Source: Malacoraja senta | Taxonomy: Eukaryota | Length of the DNA stretch: 64,000 nt | NCBI GenBank assembly: GCA_038087875.1 | Contig: CM075987.1 | Location: 27,962,001-28,026,000 of the forward strand | Direction: 5' to 3' | Part shown: in pieces, positions 1-12,718 of the stretch | Numbering within the stretch: position 1 is the stretch's first letter | Layout of the letters: each line of letters opens with the position of its first letter | Made by a program: the position numbers and the translations under genes | The notes under the pieces: generated by a model | Database searches by the model: none | The model's input: only the letters and a program-made list of their open reading frames with translations | What the model was told of the DNA's origin: nothing

Positions 1-1540
1 GAGTTACTGCAGCTTTTTGTGTCTATCCTTTGACCCAGAAAGTCCATGCTGATCGTCAAATGTCTAACTATATTAATCCTCCCAGTACCTGAAACATAGC
101 CTCCTGAGCCCTGGCAGTTCAAGATCAGATATCTCATCTAGATATTCCGTACATGTTGAGAGCTGCTGGCTCCATCACCTGCTCAGCACATTCCCGATTG
201 TAATCACCCTGTGGGTGAACAGGTTCTGTCTCAGATCTCTTCTAATTCTAGAAACCTGGGATGGGGAAACATGGATAGCTGACGTTTTGGGTCGGGACGT
301 TACTTATCTATGTTCTCCACAGATGCTGCCTTTCCTGCTGAGTTACTCCAACACTTTGTGTCCTCTAATTCTCTAGTCCCTAAACCAACACTCTCTAGGT
401 TAGATACCTTTGCTATATGGGGGGGGGGGGAGGGGGGAGTTCCTTGCTCCCTACCTATCTACACCCCTCATCATTTTCACATCTCTAACTCCACCTCCTC
501 CGCTATAGGGAATGTTAAGGTGAGGGTTTCAGCCTATTTACGACTGAAATGTTCCAACTCTGCAATGTCCTGGTGAAATGTGTATGAAGGAACTACAGAT
601 GCTGGTTTCAACCAAAGATAGACACAAACGTCTTGGTGAATTTCCCCCACACTCTCTCCAATTTGCCTGCTGTATGATGTTACCGGATCTCGTGCACAAA
701 CAAAGAAGGTACATGTGACAATATAATGTCAATGAATACAATCATGTCCCGTGAGACCGTACTGACCACCACTCTGGACAGGACTCCACCTGTCGACCAC
801 AAATCATTATCAATCACTTGACCCGCTTCTACCACCTGCCAACTACATGTGGGAGAAGGTGGACAAAAATGCTGGAAAAACTCAGCGGGTGAGGCAGCAT
901 CTATGGAGTGAAGGAATAGGCAACGTTTCAGGTGTGGGAGAAGGTGGTCGATGGGCTGAACTACAGATGTCCAAGTAACTCATTAGACGGTGATTGGGAG
1001 CAGGTTGATGCCCAGTGACCATATCACATCGTGAGTGTGACCGTGTCACAGGGTGAGTGTGACCATAGACCACACAATGAACGACAATGGGACTTGTGTA
1101 AGTTGCAGCAAGCAAGCTGTACTGAAATGTTTCTTTGCCGGAGAGAGTCTATGCCTTGATTTGCTTTCTGCTAAACTAATGAGGCAGCTATTGAGCCAGC
1201 AATTGCCTTTTAGACAGAACTGGATCCACTGGTTCCTTCAGCAGCTCAGATCAGATGCAAGGAACGGCAGGTGCTGGCATCCTGAGCAGGTGCTGGAATA
1301 ACTCAGCGGGTCAGGCAGCATCCGTGGAGGGAATGGACAGACAGTGTTCTTGGTCGGGACCCTTCCTCAGACTGAATCCGTGTGAATCAATCTGAAGACG
1401 AGTCCCGGCCTGATACATTGATTGTCCATTCCCTCCAGATGCTGCCTGACCCGCTCAGTTCCTTCAGCACTTTTGTTTTTTGTTTCTGATCAGAATGTAA
1501 CTAGCAGCTTCAAACCAGCTCAACCACAATGTGACAGAGT

Positions 1541-1715
1541 GAGCAAGCATGCAGCAAGGAGCCGCTCTGCTGGCCCCCATGCAGTGTGAGCAACCGTGCA
1601 GCAAGGAGCCGCTCTGCTGCCACCCATGCAGTGTGAGCAACCGTGCAGCAAGGAGCTGCTCTGCTGGCCCCCATGCAGAGTGACCAAACCTGCTGCTCCC
1701 GTGCAGACAGAGCAG
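1541..1715. repeat. 47-bp minisatellite, about 3.5 units
   Basis: GAGCAACCGTGCAGCAAGGAGCCGCTCTGCTGGCCCCCATGCAGTGT repeated. Confidence 0.85.
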
Positions 1716-1726
1716 CCGCGCTGTTC

Positions 1727-1910
1727 TAGTTTATTTTAGAGATACAGCATGCAAACAGGCCCTTCGGCCCACCGAGTCCGTGCCAACCATCGATCATACG
1801 TACACTAGCAGTATCTTACACATTAGGGACAATTTACAGAAGCCAATTAACCTACAAATCTGTACGTCTTTGGAGTGTGGGAGGAAACCGGAGCACCCGG
1901 AGAAAACGCA
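1727..1910 (-). mobile_element. HE1-like V-SINE, 3' part
   Basis: GTGGGAGGAAACCGGAGCACCCGGAGAAAA (V-domain reverse complement) and GGCCCTTCGGCCCACCGAGTCC tail. Confidence 0.85.
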
Positions 1911-1931
1911 TGATATGTGTTTCTCCCACAG

Positions 1932-2108
1932 AGTATCCACCTGTCGTTCCTGCGCACTGTGCCTCCCTATTCTCACCAAGCCCAGGCCTGGTTTGAGATG
2001 ATGAGGCGCTTCCGTTGGGGACACATTATTCTGGTGGTCAGCAACGATCACGAGGGCCGGGCCACACAGAAGAAGCTGGAGACACTGCTGGAAGAAAAGG
2101 AGTCAAAG
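1932..2108 (+). CDS. grin1: GluN1 ATD exon [16 protein letters not shown]...LLEEKESK (177 nt)
   Basis: cacag|AGT...AAG|gttagt; peptide matches GluN1. Confidence 0.97.
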
Positions 2109-3265
2109 GTTAGTGTGTCACCTGTGTGTCACTTGCCGAGTGTTATGTGTGTGTAGATATCTGTACGTGAACACATTCTCTCTCCATTATGAACATGGCT
2201 AACATATTGCTTAAAGCATCTCCCATGTCTTGAGTGGTACCTGACAAAACTTGTATTTACCATTCCACGTGCTTTACCATAGTCAACATGTGATCTGCAG
2301 CAGGATAAAAACCCGTACACTGGAGCAGTGCAAAAAAACCACCCTGCAGCTAATCCCGTAGTCAGTCTACTTCTCCATCGATGAGTGAATGTAGACCCCC
2401 TGGAGCAGCTGGAGTGTAGAGCCCAGCGCCAGTCCGTAGCCACACTAGCCAGGGCAATGCCAATACCCACACCACACTGGCCACTGCACCTGGACACATG
2501 CTCTATCTATTCACATTCCCCTTCCCAGCTTTACTCCGCAGATGGATATTGGTCAACTTCTCTCCTCCCATCACCCTAATCTTCTGCCTGGTCCTTGAGC
2601 CAGAAGTGAAGCCCCTGCTACATCTCAAGCTTGCTTCAGTCTTCAGTAAGATCATCCATTGATTGCTTCAGATCCCAAAAACTCAACCATCCCAATCTCT
2701 GAGCATCCTCCGCTCCTGACTGGAGAATTCCAGCAATCACAACCCACATCATTTCTCCTTCATTCAGCACTACTTGCCTGGCCCTTTCTCCAGGGTGCTC
2801 TATTCTACATTCTCTCACCGGGAGAAAGAATCACTCAGAACTTTCCCGGCAAGCCTTCTCAAATCTTATTTCTCAACGAGCTTGCTGCTCATTCTTCTGT
2901 GGGGTAAACGGACTTATCTCTGTTCACGAACAAAGCTCCAACACATACCGGCTGCACTCTTCACGTCGACCTTCCCGTAGCTGTAAAGATGATGCAGCCT
3001 GAACGTACTCTGAGACAATTCCAACTCCAACACTTTGTGCCAACTCCCTTACAATACAATGCGTCATTTGACATTTTAATTGCCTGCTGTCTTTGCCAGT
3101 TAACTTACTGTGTTTCACATAAAATGTTCTTGCTGTTTAGAAATAAACCTTTCCTATTCTTCCTGGCAAAGGGAATAACCTACAATTAGCCACAATTTCT
3201 GTATCCTGCCCACACACTCGATCCCCAATGAATCCAGACTCAGCCCCTGGCTGTTCATTGAGTCA

Positions 3266-3580
3266 TTAGTTTAGTTTAGTTGAGAGATTCAACGCGGAAA
3301 CGGGCCCTTCATCCCACCGAGTCTGCAGCAACCAGAGATCCCCGCACATTAACACTATCCTACACACACTGGGGATAATTTACACTTATACCAAGCCAAT
3401 TAATCTACAAACCTGTATGTCTTTGGAGTGTGGGAGGAAACTAAAGATCTCGGAGAAAACCCATGGAGTCACAGGGAAAACGTAAAACTCCGTACAGACA
3501 GCACCCGTAGTCAGGATCGTGCCCGGGTCTCCGGCGCTGCATTAGCTGTAAGGCAGCAACTCTACCGCTGCGTCACCGTG
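3266..3580 (-). mobile_element. Full-length HE1-like tRNA-derived V-SINE
   Basis: tRNA-like head, V-domain and (CTAAA)n tail on the - strand. Confidence 0.9.
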
Positions 3581-4469
3581 TGGAATATGGACCTGGACAG
3601 TGGAAGTCTACCAGTCACCAGAAATGGTCATTTAATCCTGCCCTCTACTTTTTGTTCTTCAACTAATCCCCTATTAATGTTCATAGATTAGCCTGACATG
3701 TAAGAACGTGGAATCATATTTTATGCAACTACCTTTCATGAGACACGTAATAAATAAATTATTTCCTGAGAATTCAGTTACATTATATCTACCGATACCT
3801 TCCCTCAATTCAACCAAACCTGCTGTTACATATTCGAGTACTTGATTAGATTTGCCCAATGTAGCTGTGTATTGATTATATAAGCTCATGCAAGTACCCA
3901 ATTGGTCTCTCCCTTCTGTGTGAAACAGCAGGGTTACCTTCCCGAGACAGCTGCAGGCTCTGGACAAGTCACATTTAACCAGCATCTGCGGCAACCTGTG
4001 TCTAGCTTGTATAGCCCAGGGAATGGGAAGCCTCGGCCTCTCTCTCGCTTCGTAATTCGCAGCACTTCAATCCTCTCACACCTTCTGCTTTTATCTACGG
4101 CCTTTTTCCGACCAACTACTCCTCCCACCCAGAATCTCTGTTTCCTTGCTTCTACCCCACTGGCTCGCCCCTTCCCTTCCCCTTCCTGTCCTCCCTCCCC
4201 TGCCCTTCCCCTCCTCCTCCTCCTCCTCCTTCTCCCTCCCGTTCCCTGCTCTTCACCTCTCCCTAGTGTTACTCCACTGCCCTCCCTTCTCCTTCCCCTT
4301 CCCTCTCCTCTGTCTATCCTCCTCTCTCTGCAACCTCTTTGCCCGAGTCCTATTTATGCCAGACAGTCCGGGACGGGGCAGTGTCTGTAACTGGTTTACC
4401 ACCCTCTGAGTGTCCTGTCGCCTCATTAGACCAATGCACCAGTGACTGAATGAAGCTCCAAACTCAAGG

Positions 4470-5170
4470 AGGGTTAATGTTGTGGAATTCTCTGCCAGAG
4501 GGCAGTGGAGGCAGGTGCTCTGGATGCTTTCAAGAGCGAGCTAGATAGGGCTCTTAAAAATAGCGGAGTCAGGGGATATGGGGAGAAGGCAGGAACGGGG
4601 TACTAATTGGGGATGATCAGCCATGATCACATTGAATGGCGGTGCTGGCTCGAAGGGCCGAATGGCCTACTCCTGCACCTATTGTCTATTGGCTCGTGTG
4701 CGGCTCTGGTCCCCACACTGCGGGAAGGATGTGGAGAGATTCACCAGGATACTGCCTGGACTGGACTTGATGAACTGTCAGGAGAGGTTGGATAAACGTT
4801 GATTGTTCTCTATGGAACGTTAGAGGCTGAGGGGCGACCTGATGATGAATGTAAAGCGAGGAGTGATATAGTTCAGATTGATAGTTAGAATCTTTTTCTT
4901 GGAGTGTAAATGTCATGTAGCAGAGGGCACAGCGTTAAGGTGAGTGGGGAAGGTTAAAGGAGATGTGCGGCCAAGGTTTTCACATTGCGTGTGGTACAGT
5001 CTGCCAGAGGACATTGTAAAAGCAGTTACAACAGCAATGTTTATGGGGTATTTAGACAGGCACAGGAACAGGCAGGGAATGAAGGGGACATGTGCAGGCA
5101 GGTAGGTTGGCATCATGGCCAGCATAGACAGAGTGGGCTGAATGGCCTGTTCCTGTACTGACCTGTTGCA
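4470..5170 (+). mobile_element. Two adjacent CR1-clade (HER1-like) LINE 3' fragments
   Basis: TGGAATTCTCTGCC...GGATATGGGGAGAAGGCAGG...GAAGGGCCGAATGGCCTACTCCTGC 3'UTR signature. Confidence 0.8.
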
Positions 5171-5678
5171 TGGTCCACGGATTGTTGCAATGGGGTGGGA
5201 GCAGCGCCGCTGGAAGTTAAGCTTTAGCGCTCATTGTCAGAACTAGGTGCGAGCTGGTGACTACCTTGGTTTAGGAGCTAGTAATCTGGTTAATGTTCAG
5301 CTAGCTTCCAGGTAGATCTAGACTAGGTTATCTGTGTCTCAGTGGATGGAGCAGTAATCGCTCAGGGTGTTGGATGTCCAACAATGTCGGGTTGGTTGGT
5401 TCATTGATTTGATGTTGGCCAATTTAGTGAGTAAGGAGTTAATGACAAGGTGAAGTGTCCATGATCTACCAGCCAGGGTTTATTCATGCAGATGGAGTGG
5501 AGTGAGTGGTGTTGGGGCTATTGATTGTGTCGGTGGTATCAGTGATTGTGTCGGTGGTATCAGTGACAGAGGAGGGGTGTGCATTGGAGAGAGAGCTGGT
5601 GGTGGACTTTGGATAAAGTGATGTGAGACCACAACCTGACCCTCTGCTTAGTGCGCATTGTGGTCAACAAGATGTGGG

Positions 5679-5825
5679 AGGAAACGGGAGCACCTGGAGG
5701 AAACCCATATGGTCACAGGGAGTACTTGCAAACTCCACACAGACAGCACTCGAGGTCAGGATTGAACCCTGTGTCCCCTGACGCTGAGAGGCAGCAACGC
5801 TACCTGCTGCGTCACTGTGCCGCCC
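5679..5825 (-). mobile_element. HE1-like V-SINE, 5' part
   Basis: Similar to 3428-3580. Confidence 0.75.
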
Positions 5826-7734
5826 AAGATTTGAATATTTCAATGAGGTTATGCTGTCTAAACTCGGGGGAGACACAGTACGATCCACAATACGGCCCCT
5901 TCATTCCAGGAACCAGTCCCGTGGACCTTTGCTGCTCACTCCTCACTAGGGATGGAGACAGAGCTCCAGATGTGGTATCATAACCACCACTGACCCATCC
6001 TCCCCGACCCCCTCTGCTTCTCAACATCCACTAACCGTCCTCAATATTTGCGCAGTTTGTGAATGTTTTGTGACAGATGTTGAATTATCTGAACACTGAC
6101 ATTTAATAATATTCTGCACACCAAAGCGGATAACTTCCCCCAAGTGGTTCTCTGGCTGCCTTCCTTCTGCCTTTGGGATAACCAGCCCATCCTTCCCTGC
6201 AGACATCACAAACTTGCATATCTCACTGGCCCATTAGCCTGCTCATAAAGACGTGGAACAGAGGAGACAGAGCTATTTGGCTGATCCATCTCAGCACCAT
6301 ATCCCTGGCTGAGATCCTTAATTCCTCTCATATCCAGGAATCTCTCCATCCCTCAATGACAGCCTTCAGACACCTCCCAGTAGACTATTCCAAAGGTTCC
6401 ACATTGGCCAGTCTGTTGCCCCTAGTTCTAGAACTTCAGCAAAGGGAAAATCCTCCTCACCTCCTCCCCGCCCCCCACCCCCCCCCCCCACCCCGTCCAT
6501 CCTTGTAAACAGTGAAGATGTTCATGAGATCCCCTCCCATTATTTTAAACAGAGGCCTAGACGACTTTTTAAATACCAGACCCAGTAACCCAGCTGGTCA
6601 AATCTTTGCTGCCCTCGCTCTGTAACAATCAGGTCGTGTTTTAGATGGTGTCTAAAGCTGTCCACAATAATCGAGGCGAGGTTTACAATGCATTCTATAA
6701 TGTAGAAAGACATATTTACTCTTGTACCTTGTCATGCAGTAAAGTCTAGTGTGCCATTTGCCATCCATTACACGCACTATCTCTGCATGTTAGGCTTCAG
6801 TGCCACGCACAGAAGTACATGTTCCCCATCTGTCACCATTATAAAATACACAGCTTCTCATTTTACTGCCATTAATGTCGTTTGTTCACAGTCGACATTC
6901 TGACATCGATCCCTGACTTATTCCAATCAGCTGTTCTAGCACCTTGCCAACTTATTGCTATCCTTTATTTTCTATATATAGATCTTCTATACACACCCAT
7001 CTGTCATTCTTTACCTTGATCCCAGGACTCTTTATGATGTGGCTTTTTATCAAAAGTCTTTGGGAAAGACAAAATCAACCACAATCTTCTTCTTCCATAA
7101 TCACATCCTTGGTTTGCGTAAACGGCCATGAATCTGAAGGATTAGCAGAGGCAGCACCAGTGGTATCTCTGCATCACTTCACAATGCCCACACTGCTAAT
7201 CCGATTCCAAAGGGCAGGACTGCCATGGACCAACGCTCCACAAGCTTTGTTCAGCGTTTGACATCTTACTCTTCCAATGGCCAAAGGGTTCTGCTGGTGA
7301 CGGTGAATGTTCTCATCAGCAGCTGCTCGTACTTGGGAACTAGCTCACGCTTCTAGTCTAGTTTATTATAGTCACGTGTACCGAGGTACAGTGAACAGCA
7401 TGCTATCCAGTCAAAGAAGATGATACATGAATGCAATCAAACCTTCCAAAGTGCACAGATATAGGATACAACATTTAGTGCAAGATATAGGATCCAGTTT
7501 CAGTTTCTAGTTTCTAGCATTCATAGTTTCAGTTCTAGTTTCTATGATGTTCTAGCTCGGCATTGTACAGTCGAGCAGTATAGTTGTGTGGGAGGTGGGT
7601 GTAAGGCCCTTGCTGTTACAAATGTTGACAACACAAGACTCAAGTTGCAGCTGGAGACTAAGATTGAAGTGTCCTCACTTCTGGCGTGGAGGCAACGCAA
7701 AGTGAACCGTTTCTATCAGCTTGCACTTTAGCAG

Positions 7735-7920
7735 CAAGGCTGCTGAGGAGAGGTGCCGCACTGCAAGGCTGCTGGAGGAGTGGTGCCGCACTGCAAAGGC
7801 TGCTGGAAAAGTGGTGCCGCACTGCAAGGCTGCTGGAGGAGGAGAGGTGCAGCACTGCAAGGCTGCTGGAGGAGAGGTGCAGCACTGCGAGGCTGCTGGA
7901 GGAGAGGTTGCCGCACTGCG
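7735..7920. repeat. 27-30-bp minisatellite, about 6 units
   Basis: GCTGCTGGAGGAGAGGTGCCGCACTGCAAG variants. Confidence 0.85.
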
Positions 7921-10016
7921 GCGAGGAACAGAGGGAGAATAAAAGACCTTTAGAAGAGATGGGAGGAATTTCTTTAGTCAGAGGGTGGTGAATCTGTGGA
8001 ATTCATTGCCACAGACAGCTGTGGATGCCAAGTCATTGGTATTTTTAAAGTGGGGTTTGATAGGTTCTTGTTTAGTAAGGGTGTCAAAGGTTATGGAGAG
8101 AAGCAGGAGAATGGGGTTGGGAGGGAGAGATGGATCAGCCATGATTGAATGGCGGAGTAGACTTGAGGTGTCCCGTGTCCACCTGTTGATGGGGTCACAG
8201 TTTGCCTGTCCTCAGGATACAGGTGTAAGGGCACCAGAGTAGGTTAGGATCCATGATCACTCTCGACTGGCAGCTTGTGCAGGCCATCTCCATGCCTGAA
8301 GGCAGCTCCCACTGTTGCTCTTGGAGTTGTTCTGCGATGAGCCTCTCGATGGAGGGAGTCCACACTACTCACTCAGTCCAAGTGTCCAGGGTTCCTGCGG
8401 CAACATGATGGCACCCACGCACTGCTCTCTCCTGATGATGTGGTGATGTTGGCAACTCTGAGCTGCCCATTTACTCTTCTCTGCCCGCACATGGGAGATG
8501 AGGCCGGGAAGTTGTGTCCGAGGATCATCACTGACCGCTTGGACACCTCCGTAGGGATTCATCACACCAGCTGACGGGAATGTCACTCTCCTTCTGGGCG
8601 AGAGAGAGAGAGTGTGGGGAGAGAGAGTGCGGGAGTGTGTGTGAGAGTGCGAGTGAGTGTGTGTATGTGTGAGAGTGCGAAAGAGAGGGTCCACTGGTCA
8701 TGTCAGTGATCCAGTGCAAGGTGGCTTGGTGATCCTGTGGATGAATGGCTGTCCATCCCACAGGGTGTTTGATTGTGTAATTCTTATTGTCACATGTACT
8801 TGGTACAGTGAAATGTTTCTCCCATGGAGTGAGGGATGAGTGAAGGAGTGAAGGAGGGGTCTGGAAGCTGTATGCACACAGATCTCAGAGAGCAAATCAT
8901 AATTCAGGATACGTTTATGAAAAGTTCTTTCAAAACATTCATCATAATGATCATGAGTATTTCCTCCGAAAGAAATCGGCAGATGCTGGAACTGTGAAGC
9001 CAACGTTACTCAGGAGTGAACTCAGCAACCCCTCCTTCAGAACTGGAACCCAGTTCCACATGGGACAATGCATGGAGCTTCTGGATTTACCTGAAGACTG
9101 ATGGGTTTTCCTGGCCCAGGTGTGCAAGTGAGGAACGGTAGCCACGTCATTGATGGGCAGCAGGGCCGGCAGCTGGAGGGTTGTAGTCTTGGTGCTTCAG
9201 GCTGTTGGATGAACCAACTGTGAGCCCGTCCACACACTGATAGAGCTCAGCAGGAATCGCTTAAAGAGAGAGCAAAGATCATGATCGGGCCCGCTGTACA
9301 TCATGAAGCAACACAGATATCAGCTTGCGTTTCACAGAGTGCTGGAGTAACTCAGCGGGTCAGGCAGCATCTGTGGACAACATGGATAGGTGAAATACGT
9401 TTTGGGTTTCGGATTGAAGAAGGGTCCTGACTCACAACGTCACCTATCCATGATCTCCAGAGATGCTGCTGGATCCGCTGAGTTACTCCAGCACTTTGTG
9501 TCAATGAGGGAATACATGTTCCTTGTATAAAACCCTTCTAACCCTAACTTAGTGGGCCAGCACCTCATTGGATCAGCACATTTACACCAGGTCCACCGCA
9601 CCGCCCAACACCGCCACCTGCAGGTTCCCCTCCTGCTCACACTCTCTCCTGATTGTAAATACGCCGGTCCTTCATCCACTGACTCTCCCACACCCAGCAG
9701 CGGGAGCACTGCAGCAGCTCATGAAGGTATACACCTCCACCCCCTCCTCAGGGGCATGTCGGGGGCAGGAGATGGTGGCTATGTCAACAACTTGCGCATG
9801 TGACAAGTACATCATTAAAATCAATGTCATCAGTCATCCCCCTCACCACAGCGTTGGAATACAACACCTCAATTGATCAGTGGGTGAGAGAGAGAGAGAG
9901 ATCTCCTTCACCACTATGTCCCACTTCATCCAAAACGAACAGATCACAGAAAATACTGGAGACAGCAAGTCAGGCAGCAGCTATGGAGAGAGAAAGAGTA
10001 AATGTTGCCCACCATG

Positions 10017-10147
10017 NNNNNNNNNNNNNNNNNNNNNNNNNNNNNNNNNNNNNNNNNNNNNNNNNNNNNNNNNNNNNNNNNNNNNNNNNNNNNNNNNNNN
10101 NNNNNNNNNNNNNNNNNNNNNNNNNNNNNNNNNNNNNNNNNNNNNNN
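10017..10147. other. Assembly gap (131 N)
   Basis: N run. Confidence 1.
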
Positions 10148-10930
10148 GACACCCCTCACTGAGGAAGCTACACTCCTTCCAACTGAAGAGAAATTCTCTC
10201 AGACATAAATCACCCTTCCTGCTTCACCAAGGGTAAACCATTCCTCCCTGTGGATGGCAGGGATTGAACGCTCCTCTCCGCAGCTGCAAGGGCTGGAACG
10301 TTATTCAGAACCACTCAACATCACACTGGCGTACAAACATAGCTGGTGGCAGTAGGGGCTGGCTCTGCAGGGGACCCACCCCACACCATTTGCCCCCCCC
10401 AGGCTCACCGGAAACACAGAGAAGCCTCAGCCAGCAGAGGGAGAGGGAGAAGGGAGCTACTGCAAGTCTCAGCTGTGGTCCGTGTTACCTCAGGCCCAGA
10501 GCACAGGCACGGTCAACGTTGGCAGCAAAGAGGTACTAAAGCACTCACAGCCCACGCCCTCTCAGCCCAGTGCCACAAGGGCGGCCAGTGTACCAGAGCC
10601 ATTCGCACAGTGCCAGCTCACACCAGCATCACAGCACTAGTATCATCCAGGCAGTGGTATACGCACGCCAACCTTACTGAGATAGCACAGCAAAGCCAGG
10701 CTTCACGGCCAGTGTCATGGTCCCACAGAGCCAGCCTCACGGGGACTTGCCATTGTGTCCATATCACCCAGGCAGGCATAGCCACTCAACTATCCACCCA
10801 ATGAGGAGCGGTTTTTATTTGCAAGCTCCAGTGTTACGTACTGACCCTGAGGAGGAGGGTTAAATTGCTTACTACACGTCATTTTCAACTGTTTTATAAT
10901 ATTCTTCTGTGTCTGCATATTTTCTCTGTG

Positions 10931-10945
10931 CACATTACTCATCAG
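10931..10945 (+). promoter_or_regulatory. CaRRE1-like element in the N1 3' splice site
   Basis: CACATTACTCATCAG between the pyrimidine tract and the exon; resembles the CaMKIV-responsive CACATNRTTAT consensus described at this exon in mammals. Confidence 0.55.
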
Positions 10946-11008
10946 AATAAAAAAAGGAACTTTGAAAACAAGGACCGACATTCGTATGACAGCAGGCGAG
11001 GACCAAAG
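10946..11008 (+). CDS. grin1: GluN1 alternative N1 cassette ('exon 5') NKKRNFENKDRHSYDSRRGPK (63 nt)
   Basis: catcag|AAT...AAG|gtatat; 21 aa, phase 0-0; homologous to mammalian SKKRNYENLDQLSYDNKRGPK. Confidence 0.95.
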
Positions 11009-11015
11009 GTATATT

Positions 11016-11420
11016 TGCATGTAGAATGCACGAGCCCACCAATCTTAAACTAACGGAGTGACCGAGCCACAGTCACAGTATGACCCATGAGACTGTTCTG
11101 GTAGCACGCTGTTAGTTTCAAACAGATTCTTTGGTTTGTCAATGAGAATGGTTAAAGAACATCAGTCGTCCTACCTAACCAAATCTGGTCATAAGGACAC
11201 GTGCATGTTGATTAAAGACTAACTTGCAAGTTTCTTAAAGTACATTTTAGAACCAAGCCATGACTTGTTCCTGAGACATCAAATCCCTTTAAGACGCTAT
11301 TTTGTTTTTTTTTGAAAGAGCGACCAATTCCTTGTCAGGTTGAGATGCACTTTTCTGGTCTCTTCTACTCTGCCAGCTGCACGCGTCCTTTTTTGGTCTT
11401 GTTCTATCTTAGTTTGCATG
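11016..11420 (+). promoter_or_regulatory. Three Rbfox UGCAUG sites downstream of N1
   Basis: TGCATG at 11016, 11202 and 11415; the first starts 8 nt into the intron. Confidence 0.75.
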
Positions 11421-11590
11421 CCCAGTCCAGAGAATCTGTAGCTCACTCTGGCTCCAGATGGGGTCAAGTTCTCTCATCGCCTTTAAGATGATCTTTGCTG
11501 GAGATCAAAGGCATCGTTGGTGGAAAGAGCCTGCAAAGGAAAGTATTGGACAAGTCGTGTAGTAATTCTGAATCCCTGCACCAACTACAG

Positions 11591-11691
11591 GCTGAGAAGA
11601 TCCTGCAGTTTGAACCAGGCACCACAAACATGACATCGATGCTGCTGGAAGCGAAGGATTTGGAGGCAAGAGTCATCATTCTATCTGCCAA
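11591..11691 (+). CDS. grin1: GluN1 ATD exon [10 protein letters not shown]...VIILSA (101 nt)
   Basis: tacag|GCT...CCAA|gtaagt. Confidence 0.97.
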
Positions 11692-11869
11692 GTAAGTGTG
11701 AAACCACTCTGAAGCAAACACACCCGCCCACCACCCTGCTCTGCACCTATCTCTCATTCTGGATACTCTTCACAAGGAGGTGACCTTGTTGACCTGCATC
11801 CTCCAGTTTCCCATTCCTCGAAGCCGGTCCATATCCAGTTCTGCTTGCCACACCCACTGTGTCATCGCA

Positions 11870-12718
11870 CACACCACACCACCGTCACAAACCACACCAC
11901 CGGCACAAACCACACCACCGGCACAAACCACACCACCGTCACAAACCACACCACCGTCACAAACCACACCACCGGCACAAACCACACCACCGGCACAAAC
12001 CACACCACCGGCACAAACCACACCACCGGCACAAACCACACCACCGGCACAAACCACACCACCGGCACAAACCACACCACCGGCACAAACCACACCACCG
12101 GCACAAACCACACCACCGGCACAAACCACACCACCGGCACAAACCACACCACCGGCACAAACCACACCACCGGCACAAACCACACCACCGGCACAAACCA
12201 CACCACCGGCACAAACCACACCACCGGCACAAACCACACCACCGGCACAAACCACACCACCGGCACAAACCACACCACCGGCACAAACCACACCACCGGC
12301 ACAAACCACACCACCGGCACAAACCACACCACCGGCACAAACCACACCACCGGCACAAACCACACCACCGTCACAAACCACACCACCGGCACAAACCACA
12401 CCACCGGCACAAACCACACCACCTGCACAAACCACACCACCGGCACAAACCACACCACCGGCACAAACCACACCACCGGCACAAACCACACCACCGGCAC
12501 AAACCACACCACCGGCACAAACCACACCACCGGCACAAACCACACCACAAACCACACCACCGGCACAAACCACACCACCGGCACAAACCACACCACCGGC
12601 ACAAACCACACCACCGGCACAAACCACACCACAAACCACACCACCGGCACAAACCACACCACCGGCACAAACCACACCACCGGCACAAACCACACCACCG
12701 GCACAAACCACACCACCA
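11870..12718. repeat. 18-bp minisatellite (ACAAACCACACCACCGGC)n, about 47 units
   Basis: Near-perfect array; explains the long repetitive ORFs on both strands. Confidence 0.97.

Noticed and set aside
3480-3580. tRNA-like A/B-box sequence
   Set aside because: It is the head of a SINE, not a tRNA gene
8240-10850. GC-rich intronic stretches with several 100-150 aa ORFs
   Set aside because: No recognisable domain or consistent splice pattern; possibly decayed transposon sequence, interrupted by a gap
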